In this document: positions 16,571-26,560 of the stretch, one piece after another
How the letters are laid out: the number at the start of each line of letters is the position of its first letter
Position numbering within the stretch: the first letter of the stretch is position 1
Source of the DNA: Verrucomicrobiota bacterium
Lineage (GTDB): Bacteria > Verrucomicrobiota > Verrucomicrobiia > Limisphaerales > CANJSG01
Reading direction: 5' to 3'
NCBI GenBank assembly: GCA_947476875.1
Contig: CANJSG010000003.1
Span: 177 to 64,176, forward strand
DNA: 64,000 nt
Notes under the pieces: model-generated
Seen by the model: only the letters and a program-made list of their open reading frames with translations
Database searches by the model: none
Told to the model about the DNA's origin: nothing
Translations under genes and position numbers: made by a program

Positions 16571-19168
16571 ATGTCCGAAACCGCCGCCCTTCCCGCCTTG
16601 CCCATCACCGCTCCGGGCCGCCCATTGCCCGAGCTGCTCGCGCCCGCGGGCGACTGGGAATGCGTCCGCGCGGCCGTTGAGAACGGCGCCGACGCGGTCT
16701 ACTTCGGCCTTGATCGCTTCAACGCCCGCATGCGCGCGAAGAACTTCACCGAGGCCGATCTGCCGGAGCTGATGGCCTTCCTGCATCGACGCGGTGTGCG
16801 CGGCTACGTGACCTTCAACACGCTGGTCTTCGCCAACGAACTGGCAGACGCCGAAGAGTATCTCCGTTCCGTCATCGCCGCCGGAGTCGATGCCGCCATC
16901 GTCCAGGACGTCGGCATCTGCCGGCTCATCCGCCGGATCTCGCCGGACTTTCCGATCCACGCTTCGACGCAGATGACGATCACCAGCGTGGCCGGCGTCG
17001 AGTTCGCGCGTGAACTGGGCTGCAACCTCGCCGTGCTCGCCCGTGAATGTTCGATCAAGGAAATCGAAGCCATGCGCGAGGCGCTCGCGAATGACGAGGC
17101 GCGAGAGGCAAAGGCCGAAGGTGCTGAGACCGATTCGTCATCAGGCCTTAGTCATTCGTCATTTCCTCTGGAGGTCTTCGTCCACGGCGCGCTCTGCGTC
17201 GCCTACTCCGGCCAGTGCCTCACCAGCGAATCGCTCGGCGGCCGTTCCGCAAATCGCGGCGAATGCGCCCAGGCCTGCCGCATGCCCTACGACCTGATCA
17301 GCGACGGCCGGAAGATCGAGCTGGGCGACCGGCGTTATCTTCTCAGCCCGCAGGATCTCGCCGGACTCGAAGTCCTGCCCGATCTCGTCAAAGCCGGCGT
17401 CAGCTCACTCAAGATCGAAGGCCGTCTCAAGGCGCCCGAATACGTCGCCAGCATCACGCGCGTCTACCGCAAGGCGCTGGATGCGCTGCGTGACGCCTCG
17501 ATCCCGGATGACTCCAAGCCCGCCGGGCCGACCGAACGCTACGAACTGGAGATGGCCTTCTCCCGTGGCCTCTACACCGGCTGGTTTCGCGGCATCAACA
17601 ACCAGGAACTCGTCCACGCGCGCTTCGGAAAAAAACGCGGTGTGTATCTCGGCGAAGTCTCGCAGGTGCAGGGCAACCGCGTCGGCCTCCGCCTCGAAGC
17701 CCCGCTCAAGCTCGGTGACGGCGTCGTCTTCGATGCCGGCCGGCCGGATTGGGTGGAGGAAGGCGGCTCCATCTATCACATCGAACCCGACCGCGAAGTC
17801 ACCTGGCTCGCCTTCGGCCATGACGCGATCGACTTCAGCCGCGTCCGGCCGGGGAATCTTCTCTGGAAAACGAAGGACCCGGAACTCGACCGCAAACTCC
17901 GCCAGACTTTCGAGGGCGACCAGATCCGCCAGCCGCGCTCCATCACCATCGAAGTCCACGGCGCCGTCGGCACGCCGCTCACGCTCATCCTGCGCGATGA
18001 ACTGGGCAACGTGGTCGAAGCCGCGTCCACCATCCTGCTGGCCACGGCGGAGAAACAGCCGCTGACCACCCAGCGTTTGAGCGAACAGCTTGGCCGCCTT
18101 GGCGGAACGCCCTTCAAGCTCGGAGAGTTCCGCAACAAGCTTGAAGGCGACGTCATCCTGCCCGTCAGCGAATTGAACCGCATCCGCCGCGACGCCGCCC
18201 AACGTCTCGACGCCCTGCGCGCCGCGCCCAAGCGGTGGACGATGAACGAAAGCACCGCATCCGGCATCGAGTTGCCCGATCCCGGCTCCCAGATCCCGGA
18301 TTCCAGATCGACGGCTCCGGAGCTCATCGTCCTCGTGCGTTCGCTCGTGCAGCTCGATGCGGCGCTCCAGTGCGGAGTGAAGACGATCTACTGCGAGTTC
18401 GAGGATCCGAAGAAATACCGCACCGCCGTCACCAACTTCCACACCGCGCGCGGTTGTTCCGTCAGCGACGCGACGATCTGGGTCGCACCGCCGCGCATCT
18501 ACAAGCACGGCGAGGAATGGATCCTCAAGCAGGTCCGCTCCAGCGAGGCCGACGGGTATCTCATCCGCAACCACGAGCATCTCCGCCATTTCGCCGACTG
18601 CCGCCGCATCGGAGATTTCTCGCTGAACGTCGCCAACCCGCTCACCGCCGAATACCTGCTCCAACGCTACGGCCTTGAGCGGCTCACCGCGTCCTACGAC
18701 CTCAACATCACCCAGCTCGAAGCCCTCCTCTCCAGCGCGCCGCCCGACTGGTTCGAGGTCACCATCCACCAGCACATGCCCATGTTCCACATGGAGCACT
18801 GCGTCTTCTGCAGCTTCCTCTCCAAGGGCACGGACTACCGCGACTGCGGCCGTCCCTGCGACAAACACGAGGTGCGCCTCAAGGACCGTGTGGGCCAGGA
18901 ACACGCGCTCAAGGCCGACGCCGGCTGCCGCAACACCGTCTTCAACGCCCGCGCGCAGACCGGCGCGGAATACACCGACAAGCTGCTCCAGCTCGGCCTG
19001 AAGAAATTCCGCATCGAGTTCGTGTCCGAGTCGGCGGGCGAAGTGGTGAAGACCATCACGCAGTATCGCAGCCTCCTGCGTGGCGAAACCTCCGGCGCCG
19101 ATCTCTGGCGCGAGCTGAAGCTGATCAACCAGCTCGGCGTGACGCGCGGCACCATCGAGAAGGCCTGA
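16571..19168 (+). CDS. U32 family peptidase (long form with C-terminal extension)
   Basis: U32 signature EVFVHGALCVAYSGQCLTS, with a second U32-like repeat region downstream. Confidence 0.85.
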   Translation: MSETAALPALPITAPGRPLPELLAPAGDWECVRAAVENGADAVYFGLDRFNARMRAKNFTEADLPELMAFLHRRGVRGYVTFNTLVFANELADAEEYLRSVIAAGVDAAIVQDVGICRLIRRISPDFPIHASTQMTITSVAGVEFARELGCNLAVLARECSIKEIEAMREALANDEAREAKAEGAETDSSSGLSHSSFPLEVFVHGALCVAYSGQCLTSESLGGRSANRGECAQACRMPYDLISDGRKIELGDRRYLLSPQDLAGLEVLPDLVKAGVSSLKIEGRLKAPEYVASITRVYRKALDALRDASIPDDSKPAGPTERYELEMAFSRGLYTGWFRGINNQELVHARFGKKRGVYLGEVSQVQGNRVGLRLEAPLKLGDGVVFDAGRPDWVEEGGSIYHIEPDREVTWLAFGHDAIDFSRVRPGNLLWKTKDPELDRKLRQTFEGDQIRQPRSITIEVHGAVGTPLTLILRDELGNVVEAASTILLATAEKQPLTTQRLSEQLGRLGGTPFKLGEFRNKLEGDVILPVSELNRIRRDAAQRLDALRAAPKRWTMNESTASGIELPDPGSQIPDSRSTAPELIVLVRSLVQLDAALQCGVKTIYCEFEDPKKYRTAVTNFHTARGCSVSDATIWVAPPRIYKHGEEWILKQVRSSEADGYLIRNHEHLRHFADCRRIGDFSLNVANPLTAEYLLQRYGLERLTASYDLNITQLEALLSSAPPDWFEVTIHQHMPMFHMEHCVFCSFLSKGTDYRDCGRPCDKHEVRLKDRVGQEHALKADAGCRNTVFNARAQTGAEYTDKLLQLGLKKFRIEFVSESAGEVVKTITQYRSLLRGETSGADLWRELKLINQLGVTRGTIEKA

Positions 19169-19259
19169 GCCGTCAGTTCGGCAGCCAGATGCGGCCGATC
19201 ACGGAGAGTATTCGTGTTTGTCGGCGGCCGGTGATGGTCCACAGTGTCGCCGTAGACAC

Positions 19260-19772
19260 ATGCAACTCTCCGACGAACAGAAACAGAAGGTGGCCGCCTG
19301 GTTGGCCGACGGCCTCTCGATCTCCGACATCCAGAAGAAGCTGGGCACCGACTTCGGCGTCTCGATGACCTACATGGAGGTCCGCTTCCTCATCGGCGAC
19401 CTCAAGCTCCAGATCGTCGACAAGCCGGCCGAGCACACCCCAATCCTCGGCGCCAATCCCGCCGAGCCTGCGCCCACGCCCGCTCTGGCTCCCATGCCGC
19501 CCGGTGCCGCCGCCGATCCCGGTGCGCTGCCCGAAGAGGCCATGCCGCCGATGACGGGCAACGTGAAGGTCTCCGTGGATTCCATCACCAAACCCGGCGC
19601 GCTCGTCAGCGGCCAGGTCTCTTTCAGCGACGGCAACACGGCCGCGTGGCATCTCGACCAGGCCGGCCGGCTCGGCCTTGTCACCAAAGTCGCGGGCTAT
19701 CGTCCGCCACAGGCGGAGATCATCGAGTTCCAGGCCGCGCTCCAGGACGAGTTGGCGAAGCTCGGATATTGA
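19260..19772 (+). CDS. hypothetical protein with a Pro/Ala-rich linker
   Basis: ATG at 19260 (MQLSDEQKQKVAAWLADGLSISDIQKKLG...). GC3 is high. I recognise no family. Confidence 0.55.
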   Translation: MQLSDEQKQKVAAWLADGLSISDIQKKLGTDFGVSMTYMEVRFLIGDLKLQIVDKPAEHTPILGANPAEPAPTPALAPMPPGAAADPGALPEEAMPPMTGNVKVSVDSITKPGALVSGQVSFSDGNTAAWHLDQAGRLGLVTKVAGYRPPQAEIIEFQAALQDELAKLGY

Positions 19773-19851
19773 GCACACCCGGGCTCTCCGCCAAACGGGC
19801 GCCTGAAATCGGGGTCCGGAACAACCTTGTGCCAGGCGCCCTTGTGTCGTC

Positions 19852-20703
19852 GTGACCGTCATTGAAGCCATCCAGCAGGGTTCCGCGCGTTTAGAGAACG
19901 CGGGTGTGGAATCACCGCGCCTCAACGCCGAATTGCTCGTCGGCGACGTGCTGCGGATTCATCGGCTGTCGCTTGTTCTGGATTCGCGTCGCGAACTGAC
20001 GACTGAACAATTCCTCGCTCTCGAAGAGCACCTGCGCCGCCGCGAAGCGCGCGAACCGGTCCAGCACATCCTAGGCACCGCCGAATTCTACGGGCGCGAG
20101 TTCCGCGTGAACCGCCACGTCCTCGTGCCACGTCCGGAAACGGAGCTGCTGGCGGAGTGGACGCTGCAAACGCTCGCCGCTTCATCTGTGGAAGCGCCGT
20201 GCCTCCTCGACTTCGGCACCGGTAGCGGCTGTCTCGCGATCACGCTGGCCTTGGAACAAAGCACCGCTTCGGTTCACGCGGTCGACATTTCGGCGGAGGC
20301 GTTGGCCGTGGCGAAGGTGAACGCGTCGGCGCTCAAAGCACCGGTGACCTTCCACCTTGGCGACGGCTTCGCCGCGTTGCCGGGCGGCTTGCAGTTCGAC
20401 GGCATCGTGAGCAACCCGCCCTACATCCCGTCGCGGGAGATCGCCGGGCTCGATCCCGAAGTGCGTGACCACGATCCGCTCCTCGCGTTGGACGGCGGTG
20501 CGGAGGGCTTGGAATTCTATCGCCGACTGGCCACTGAAGCCCCCGCGTGGCTGAAGCCCGGAGGCTGGTTGGCCTTGGAATTTGGCGACGGCCAAGCGGC
20601 TGATCTCCTGAGGATTTTCGGCGGCGCTCCTTGGCGCGGAGCCGAAGTGCGGAAGGACGACACCGGCCGTGAACGGATGCTGCGGATTTTCGTGGCTGGC
20701 TAG
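19852..20703 (+). CDS. prmC: peptide chain release factor N5-glutamine methyltransferase
   Basis: SAM motif LDFGTGSGCLAI and catalytic NPPY (VSNPPYIP). GTG start. Confidence 0.9.
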   Translation: MTVIEAIQQGSARLENAGVESPRLNAELLVGDVLRIHRLSLVLDSRRELTTEQFLALEEHLRRREAREPVQHILGTAEFYGREFRVNRHVLVPRPETELLAEWTLQTLAASSVEAPCLLDFGTGSGCLAITLALEQSTASVHAVDISAEALAVAKVNASALKAPVTFHLGDGFAALPGGLQFDGIVSNPPYIPSREIAGLDPEVRDHDPLLALDGGAEGLEFYRRLATEAPAWLKPGGWLALEFGDGQAADLLRIFGGAPWRGAEVRKDDTGRERMLRIFVAG

Positions 20704-20710
20704 GGGGTCT

Positions 20711-20965
20711 TCAAGCCATCAGGAAAGGTTCGAAGTGGTAGGGCGAAGGCTCCCGCCGAGCCGCCTTGTAGCTCGCGAAGATCGGCCAGGCTATTCCGGG
20801 GAACCCACGGCCGTGCGTCGCCGTCCAGGTCCAGCAGCATCCCGCCATGACCCCGCTTGAAACCAGCTCTTCCTCCGCCAGCTGTTCGAACGGGCCCAGG
20901 GCCTGGATGCGGTCCTGATGGTCGAAGAGGCGGATGCGTTGTTCGGCAAACGGACCGGCGTGCAT
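20711..20965 (-). CDS. small hypothetical protein, 84 aa
   Basis: ORF with GC3 bias in this frame. I recognise no motif. Confidence 0.3.
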   Translation of the reverse strand: MHAGPFAEQRIRLFDHQDRIQALGPFEQLAEEELVSSGVMAGCCWTWTATHGRGFPGIAWPIFASYKAARREPSPYHFEPFLMA

Positions 20966-21045
20966 GGTTCCCAGGACCGCTAGGCCAATCTGGGGGTCCC
21001 CTGCATCCTCATCGGGCGTTTCTCCGAGCGGTTCGGCGTCGCGGT

Positions 21046-21084
21046 GAAAATGAAAAAGGCCCGCCGGACGAGCCGGACGGGCCT
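21046..21084 (-). terminator. rho-independent terminator candidate downstream of the hydroxylase gene
   Basis: On the minus strand, GGCCCGTCCGG-ctcg-(t)CCGGCGGGCC forms a stem (one bulge) followed by TTTTTCATTTT. Confidence 0.5.
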
Positions 21085-21100
21085 ATGAAAAGGAAACGGA

Positions 21101-21694
21101 TCAGGCGGAGACGAGCTTGCCGTCGTGCGGCTGGACGTTCGGGACCGCGGGACCGGTGGCCTGGGCGAACTTCACCTTGGACCGCAGGATCAGCGTGCCG
21201 AGAAGCAGGTCGGCGAGAGGAAACACGACGTTGAAGTTCTTGTGCATGTAGCGGTGGTGCAGGAGGTGGTGCCCGTTCAGCCGGAAGAAGATTCCCGACC
21301 GCTCGATGGAGCGTTTCTTGGGCAGATGCATGCACCAGTGGATGTATTCGTAGGTGCCATAGTAGGCGACGAACGCGATGCCAGCCCCGAGGAGGAGCCA
21401 CCAATGGCTGATGAAGGCGCAAAGGGCGACGAAGGGCAGCATGCAGGTCACGACAAGGACCGGGCCGTTCCACCACGCCATGGGGATGGTCCTCTTGTCC
21501 TTTTCATTGATGAGGTGGTAGCTGTGGTCCGCCTTGAAGGTCTGGTGGTGGACGACGGCGTGCGCCTGGAAGGCGTAGTCGAACTTACCGACCGGGCGGT
21601 GCATGAAGTATTTGTGGAGTGTCCACTCGTAGAACGAGGCGAACACGATGGCCGAACCGAAACCGACGGCGGCCCAGGATAGGATTTCTTGCAT
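21101..21694 (-). CDS. fatty acid hydroxylase / sterol desaturase superfamily membrane protein
   Basis: Histidine boxes (HKYFMH, HAVVHH, HLLHHRYMH) and hydrophobic segments. ATG at 21694. Confidence 0.75.
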   Translation of the reverse strand: MQEILSWAAVGFGSAIVFASFYEWTLHKYFMHRPVGKFDYAFQAHAVVHHQTFKADHSYHLINEKDKRTIPMAWWNGPVLVVTCMLPFVALCAFISHWWLLLGAGIAFVAYYGTYEYIHWCMHLPKKRSIERSGIFFRLNGHHLLHHRYMHKNFNVVFPLADLLLGTLILRSKVKFAQATGPAVPNVQPHDGKLVSA

Positions 21695-21863
21695 CTGTTG
21701 TTTTCTAGGACCCGACAACGGACGTCGGGTATAAGGCTGGAAATTGGCCCACAAAGGGCCTCGGAGGAAGCGATTTTTTGGTTCTCTTGGACCCTTTTTA
21801 GGCGGCCTTCTTTTGTCGTTAAGACCATCAAAACCGGGTTCCCACCGACACGTAGGAGCTTGG

Positions 21864-22661
21864 CTAGTTGCGGCGGAAGACCTTGCCCGGAGTCGCCTGG
21901 TCGGTCGGCAGGATCAGGACCTCGTCGATGCACACGTGGGGCGGCCGGCTGGCCATGAACACGAGAGTCTCCGCGATGTCCTCCCCGCTCAACGGGGTCA
22001 TGCCCTTGTAGACGTTCTTGGCCTTGTCGCCATCGCCCTTGAAGCGAACGAGGGCGAACTCGGTTTCCGCCAACCCCGGATCAAGCGTTCCCACGCGGAT
22101 GCCCGTGCCGAGCAGCTCCATCCGCAGTGCGCGGGTGATCTGGAGTTCGCCCGCCTTCACGGCGCAATAAGCGGCGCCGCCCTCGTAGGCGATGCGGCCG
22201 GCGATGGAGCCGATGTTGATGATCGATCCACCCGGAGCCTGGATGAGCGGCACAAACGCCCGGCACATCCGGAGCACGCCGAGGAGATTGGACTGCACCA
22301 TGGCTTCCCAATCCTCGTCCCGGGCCTGCGTGACCTGCTCCGCGCCATGGGCTCCGCCGGCGTTATTGATCAGCGTTTGAATCGCCCGGCCCGACTCCGC
22401 TGCACTCGCGGAAACGATGGACTTGGACCATTCGGCAAAGGCGTTCACCGAAGCGGTGTTGCCTACATCGACGACGTGGGCCAGCGCCTCGGGTGCGCCC
22501 AGCTTGCGGCATTCGGCGGCGACCGCTTCGATTCGTTGGGCCCTGCGTGCTCCCAGTAAGAGCCGACAGCCTTCCGCCGCGAAAGCCCGCGCCGCTGCCG
22601 CGCCAAAACCCGAAGAGGCGCCCGTGATCAATACCCACTTGCCGGAAAGTCGAGATGCCAT
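21864..22661 (-). CDS. SDR family oxidoreductase
   Basis: ITGASSGFG cofactor motif and YCAVK catalytic motif. Confidence 0.85.
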   Translation of the reverse strand: MASRLSGKWVLITGASSGFGAAAARAFAAEGCRLLLGARRAQRIEAVAAECRKLGAPEALAHVVDVGNTASVNAFAEWSKSIVSASAAESGRAIQTLINNAGGAHGAEQVTQARDEDWEAMVQSNLLGVLRMCRAFVPLIQAPGGSIINIGSIAGRIAYEGGAAYCAVKAGELQITRALRMELLGTGIRVGTLDPGLAETEFALVRFKGDGDKAKNVYKGMTPLSGEDIAETLVFMASRPPHVCIDEVLILPTDQATPGKVFRRN

Positions 22662-22751
22662 GGCGACAAGGCTAGGCTGGAGCACCGGCCGGCGTCATCG
22701 CCAATCCAGCCCGCTTGAATTGCCCGCGCCCGCCCCGGACACTCCGCCGCA

Positions 22752-23834
22752 GTGCACCTTGCCCGGCTCAGACTCCGTGACTTCCGCAACTACGCGCGCC
22801 TCGACGCTGCGTTTGTGCCGGGCTTCCACGTGTTCCTCGGGGACAACGCACAGGGCAAAACCAACATCCTCGAAGCCATCTACCTTCTGGCCACGCTCCG
22901 TTCCTTCCGCGGCGTGGGCGGCGCGCAGATGATCCGGCACGGGCAGAAGGGCTACTTCGTCGGCGCCCAGATCGTCGGACAGGGCACGCACGAGGCGAAG
23001 TTCTACTGGTCTCCCACGGAACGGCAGCTCTCCCTCGACGCCCAGCCGGTGAAACGTCTTTCCGAATTCCTCGGCACCCTTCGCGCTGTCGTCTTCTGCA
23101 CGGAAGATCTCCAGCTCGTGAAGGGCACCGCCCGGATGCGCCGGCGTTTTCTTGATCTGCTCCTCTCGCAGACGAATCCCGCCTACCTTCCGCTCCTCCA
23201 GCGCTACGCCGCCGCCGTCCGCTCGCGCAACGTCCTGCTCAAGCACCGCCCCGTCGACGAGGCCGCGCTCGAAAGCTTCTCCCGCGAAGTCGTCACCGCC
23301 GGCGAAAAACTCGTGGCCCTTCGCCAAGAGCTGCTTCCAAAACTTTCACCGCTCGCCCGGCTTGCCTGCCGCCGCATCACCAGCGACAGCGAGGAACTGC
23401 GCCTCGAATACCAGCCGTCCTACCAGGGCGACTTCGCCGTGGCCCTCGCCAAGGCGCGCCCGCGCGAACTCGCCTTCCGCACCACGCTCATCGGGCCGCA
23501 CCGGGACGAACTCAACCTCCTGCTCAACGACCAGCCCGCCGCCAAGTTCGCCAGCGAAGGCCAGAAACGCTCCATCGCCCTCGCGCTCAAGATGGCCCAG
23601 GCCGAGTTCCTCACCGGCATCCACGGCTCGCCGCCCGTGCTCCTCATCGACGACGTCATGGGCGAACTCGACGCGCGCCGCCGGAAGGGATTCCTGCCCA
23701 TCCTCGAACGCGCCCACCACGCGCGCAGCCAGGTCTTCATGACCTGCACCGAGGAGAATTGGCCCCGCGACCTCGGCCTCGAGATGAACCGCTGGCAGGT
23801 TGAGAAGGGGACAATAAGTCCGGTGACTGCGTAG
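22752..23834 (+). CDS. recF: DNA replication and repair protein RecF
   Basis: N-terminus LRLRDFRNY...GDNAQGKTNILEAI (Walker A), plus the SEGQKRS signature and a LLIDDV Walker B. GTG start. Confidence 0.9.
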   Translation: MHLARLRLRDFRNYARLDAAFVPGFHVFLGDNAQGKTNILEAIYLLATLRSFRGVGGAQMIRHGQKGYFVGAQIVGQGTHEAKFYWSPTERQLSLDAQPVKRLSEFLGTLRAVVFCTEDLQLVKGTARMRRRFLDLLLSQTNPAYLPLLQRYAAAVRSRNVLLKHRPVDEAALESFSREVVTAGEKLVALRQELLPKLSPLARLACRRITSDSEELRLEYQPSYQGDFAVALAKARPRELAFRTTLIGPHRDELNLLLNDQPAAKFASEGQKRSIALALKMAQAEFLTGIHGSPPVLLIDDVMGELDARRRKGFLPILERAHHARSQVFMTCTEENWPRDLGLEMNRWQVEKGTISPVTA

Positions 23835-24002
23835 AAAGCAGGAGAGTTCGCTGGATGAGTTCACTGAACTGGCTGCATGCCGGAGGCGACCCGAGGGAGC
23901 TGGTTCTTCTTAAATGCCAATTCTGTAGGGCATGCTCGAATCTATCAGTTCACGATCTCAATACCAGAGGTGTGAAGGGATGCAGCCTGCCTGCTCAACC
24001 AG

Positions 24003-24443
24003 CTATTTTTTCCCCGGTTCTTGTTTGATCCAAATCGGCTGAACTGAGTTTTTTATGAGTTTTCCACGTTCAACCCACAAATGTTGTCCGGAGCCTAGCA
24101 CCGGCGGAATCACCTCGATTGCTTGAACCGTGCCCGGATTGGGGTCGATTGCAAACGCTTCGTAAAACTCGTCGAACTCGACAATTTCGCCACTAAACTT
24201 CCACGCCCCTTTCGCAGACCACGAGCCGCCATTTGTGAATGTCGTCGTTTGAGAAAAGGAACCATCAAGCCTTAGGACAAGCGTATCTGTGACTCCATTG
24301 GTTGAGCACACGTATGTGCCGCTGATATCTGCAGTTGTGATATTGCTACATCCCGCCAACAGGATTGCCGCCACAGCTACCAATTCAATGAATAGGCAAT
24401 GCCAGCTCGGTTGCTTTGAAAGGTATTTAGTCATGCCAACCAA
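24003..24443 (-). CDS. hypothetical lipoprotein in a low-GC islet
   Basis: Lipobox LLAGC after a hydrophobic segment. Local GC is clearly below the surroundings. Confidence 0.55.
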   Translation of the reverse strand: MVGMTKYLSKQPSWHCLFIELVAVAAILLAGCSNITTADISGTYVCSTNGVTDTLVLRLDGSFSQTTTFTNGGSWSAKGAWKFSGEIVEFDEFYEAFAIDPNPGTVQAIEVIPPVLGSGQHLWVERGKLIKNSVQPIWIKQEPGKK

Positions 24444-24505
24444 AGGTTTAACAAATAGTATGACGCCATTCTGAGCTGCTCATCGCCATCGTTTTACGAC
24501 ACACG

Positions 24506-25417
24506 CTAGTTCCTGAACTTCTTGTGACACGCGGTGCAGGACTGGCCGACCTTCTTCAACCCTTCGTCCGCGCGGATCGCATCAGGCGTCGGCTTCTTCA
24601 GTTCGTCGCGGAGCGCGGCCGCGGCGGCTTCGGAATCGGTCATCCGCTTGCGGTAATCTTCCGGCCGTCCGGCCGTGTCGTGATGGCGGCCGAGTTCGCG
24701 CAGCTGTTCCCACAGGAGCACCGCTTCCTGCGACGGACGCACGTCCGGCAGACCGGGCACTTCCTTCCAAGCCGCCTTCTGCGCCGCCGTCAACCGGTCG
24801 GAATGTTCGTCGATGGACACCATCGCGTCGGTGAGCGACGACGTCTTGGCCACCTCGGGCAACGGCGGCCGCGAGGCGAGGAACGACGCCGTGGGTGAAA
24901 CAAACCCGCGCACGTCGCGGTTAAGTCCGGCGTAGTCATTAGCCGTGCCCGCCGTGCGCAGCCACGCTTCGGCCTGGGTCGTCGTCCAGCCTTCGCCCAC
25001 GAGGCACATGATGGCCACGGCAGCCGGTCCGCGGTGTTTGCCGTGGTGGCAGTGGACGTAGACCGGTCCGGCGACGTTCTTCATGGCGAGCGCCAGATCG
25101 GCCACGCGGTTGGTGGGAATTCCGTCGTAGCCGAAGGGCAGATGCACATAGGCCAGCCCGTGCTTCTTCGCCGCCTCGATGTCGGGCCGCGCGCCGTCGA
25201 CGCTGATGACCGTCTTCACACCCAGTTTGGCCAGAGCCACGAAGTCGGTCTCGCCCTCGGGCACGCTGCCGGAATAGATCCGCGGCGTGACGGCGAACAT
25301 GTTGTGGAGATTCCCGGCGTGAAGCGGCTTCGGTTCCTCGGCGGCCAATGCGGACAGCGACAGGAGAATCAACCCGATGACCACGAGCCTTTGGAGAGCA
25401 TCCCGAAACCTTTGCAC
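24506..25417 (-). CDS. secreted fusion protein: Cys-based phosphatase-like domain (HCxxGxxR) + C-terminal cytochrome c'-like CxxCH domain
   Basis: Signal peptide. P-loop VHCHHGKHRG at 25031..25054. CTACH four residues from the C-terminus at 24524..24538, preceded by about 100 aa of helical sequence. Confidence 0.7.
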   Translation of the reverse strand: MQRFRDALQRLVVIGLILLSLSALAAEEPKPLHAGNLHNMFAVTPRIYSGSVPEGETDFVALAKLGVKTVISVDGARPDIEAAKKHGLAYVHLPFGYDGIPTNRVADLALAMKNVAGPVYVHCHHGKHRGPAAVAIMCLVGEGWTTTQAEAWLRTAGTANDYAGLNRDVRGFVSPTASFLASRPPLPEVAKTSSLTDAMVSIDEHSDRLTAAQKAAWKEVPGLPDVRPSQEAVLLWEQLRELGRHHDTAGRPEDYRKRMTDSEAAAAALRDELKKPTPDAIRADEGLKKVGQSCTACHKKFRN

Positions 25418-25546
25418 TGTCAGATGGTGAATGAGAACGGACCGAGGGAAAAGCCGAAACCCGGACTGCGGAAGAATCGATGACCCCGGTTCCTACAAAC
25501 AGGCCGGCCCTTCAGGCCTCGGGCGCGGCATGGCTCACTATGCTCT

Positions 25547-26530
25547 TTGGCTCCCCAACTCTCCCTTGGACATGGCGTCCTGTTGCGGCAACGTCGCCGC
25601 CCTGTGTTGCCGGCCATCCTAGCCACGTTGCTCTACGCCGTGTCGTCCGTCTCTGGCGCCCGCGCGGCGCGCATGCTGGGCGGGCTCAAGGCGAACTTCT
25701 GGCGTTTGCTCATCGCCACGGCGTTGCTCGGCATCTGGAGCTTCGGCTTCGGCGAGGGTTTTCACGGCGCAGCGTTGCCGTGGTTCGTGCTCAGCGGCCT
25801 GATCGGCTTCGGCGTCTGCGACGTGGCCCTCTACCAAGCGCTGCCGAAGATCGGGCCGAGGCTCTGTTCGCTGCTGGTGAACTGCGTGGCCGCACCCGTC
25901 GCCGGCGTGATCGAATGGCTCTGGCTGGGCAACACGCTGACCGTCCCGCAAATGGCCAGCTCGGCCACGATCCTCATCGGCGTCGCGACCGCGTTGGCTC
26001 CTGATAAACGAAGCCCGGCACCGACGGCCGAGTTCCGTTCCGGCATCACGCTCGGCCTCGTGGCCGCGGTCGCCAACGCCTTCGGCGGCGTGCTCAACCG
26101 GAAGGCCTTCGACCTGATCAAGTCCTCCGGCGCACCGATGGACGGTCTCACGGCGGCGTTCCAGCGGATCGTGCCCGGCGTGATCTTCGCCGGCCTGTTC
26201 CTGCTCTGGGCGCGGCGGCGTTCCGTGGCGAATCGCCTCGGCTGGACCACCGATGCCATCACCGAACCGCCCCTGCCCGAAGCCGACCGCAAGAAGGCCG
26301 TGCGGTGGCTTTTCCTCAACGCCACAGCCGGCGCAACCCTGGGCGTCGCCTGCGTGCAATGGGCGCTGGCCACCCAGCCGGCGGGCATCGTTTTTTCCAT
26401 CGTGGCGACGACGCCGCTCGCCGTGGTTCCGCTGGCGTGGTGGATCGAGGGGGAGCGTCCTTCCGTGCGTTCCCTCATCGGCGGCGCGGTCGCCGTGGCC
26501 GGCGCGGTATCGCTCGCGTTGTTGAAATAG
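25547..26530 (+). CDS. DMT superfamily (EamA-like) transporter
   Basis: About ten hydrophobic segments in two halves. The start is uncertain. Confidence 0.75.
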   Translation: MAPQLSLGHGVLLRQRRRPVLPAILATLLYAVSSVSGARAARMLGGLKANFWRLLIATALLGIWSFGFGEGFHGAALPWFVLSGLIGFGVCDVALYQALPKIGPRLCSLLVNCVAAPVAGVIEWLWLGNTLTVPQMASSATILIGVATALAPDKRSPAPTAEFRSGITLGLVAAVANAFGGVLNRKAFDLIKSSGAPMDGLTAAFQRIVPGVIFAGLFLLWARRRSVANRLGWTTDAITEPPLPEADRKKAVRWLFLNATAGATLGVACVQWALATQPAGIVFSIVATTPLAVVPLAWWIEGERPSVRSLIGGAVAVAGAVSLALLK

Positions 26531-26560
26531 CCGTCTTCACCGGGCACTCCCGCCGATTAA

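Noticed and set aside
20711-20965. Frameshifted larger gene in the prmC-downstream spacer
   Set aside because: An alternative frame gives a plausible-looking stretch (LLDLDGDARPWVPRNSLADLREL). I could not link either frame to a family or define a frameshift site, so it is kept only as a low-confidence small ORF.
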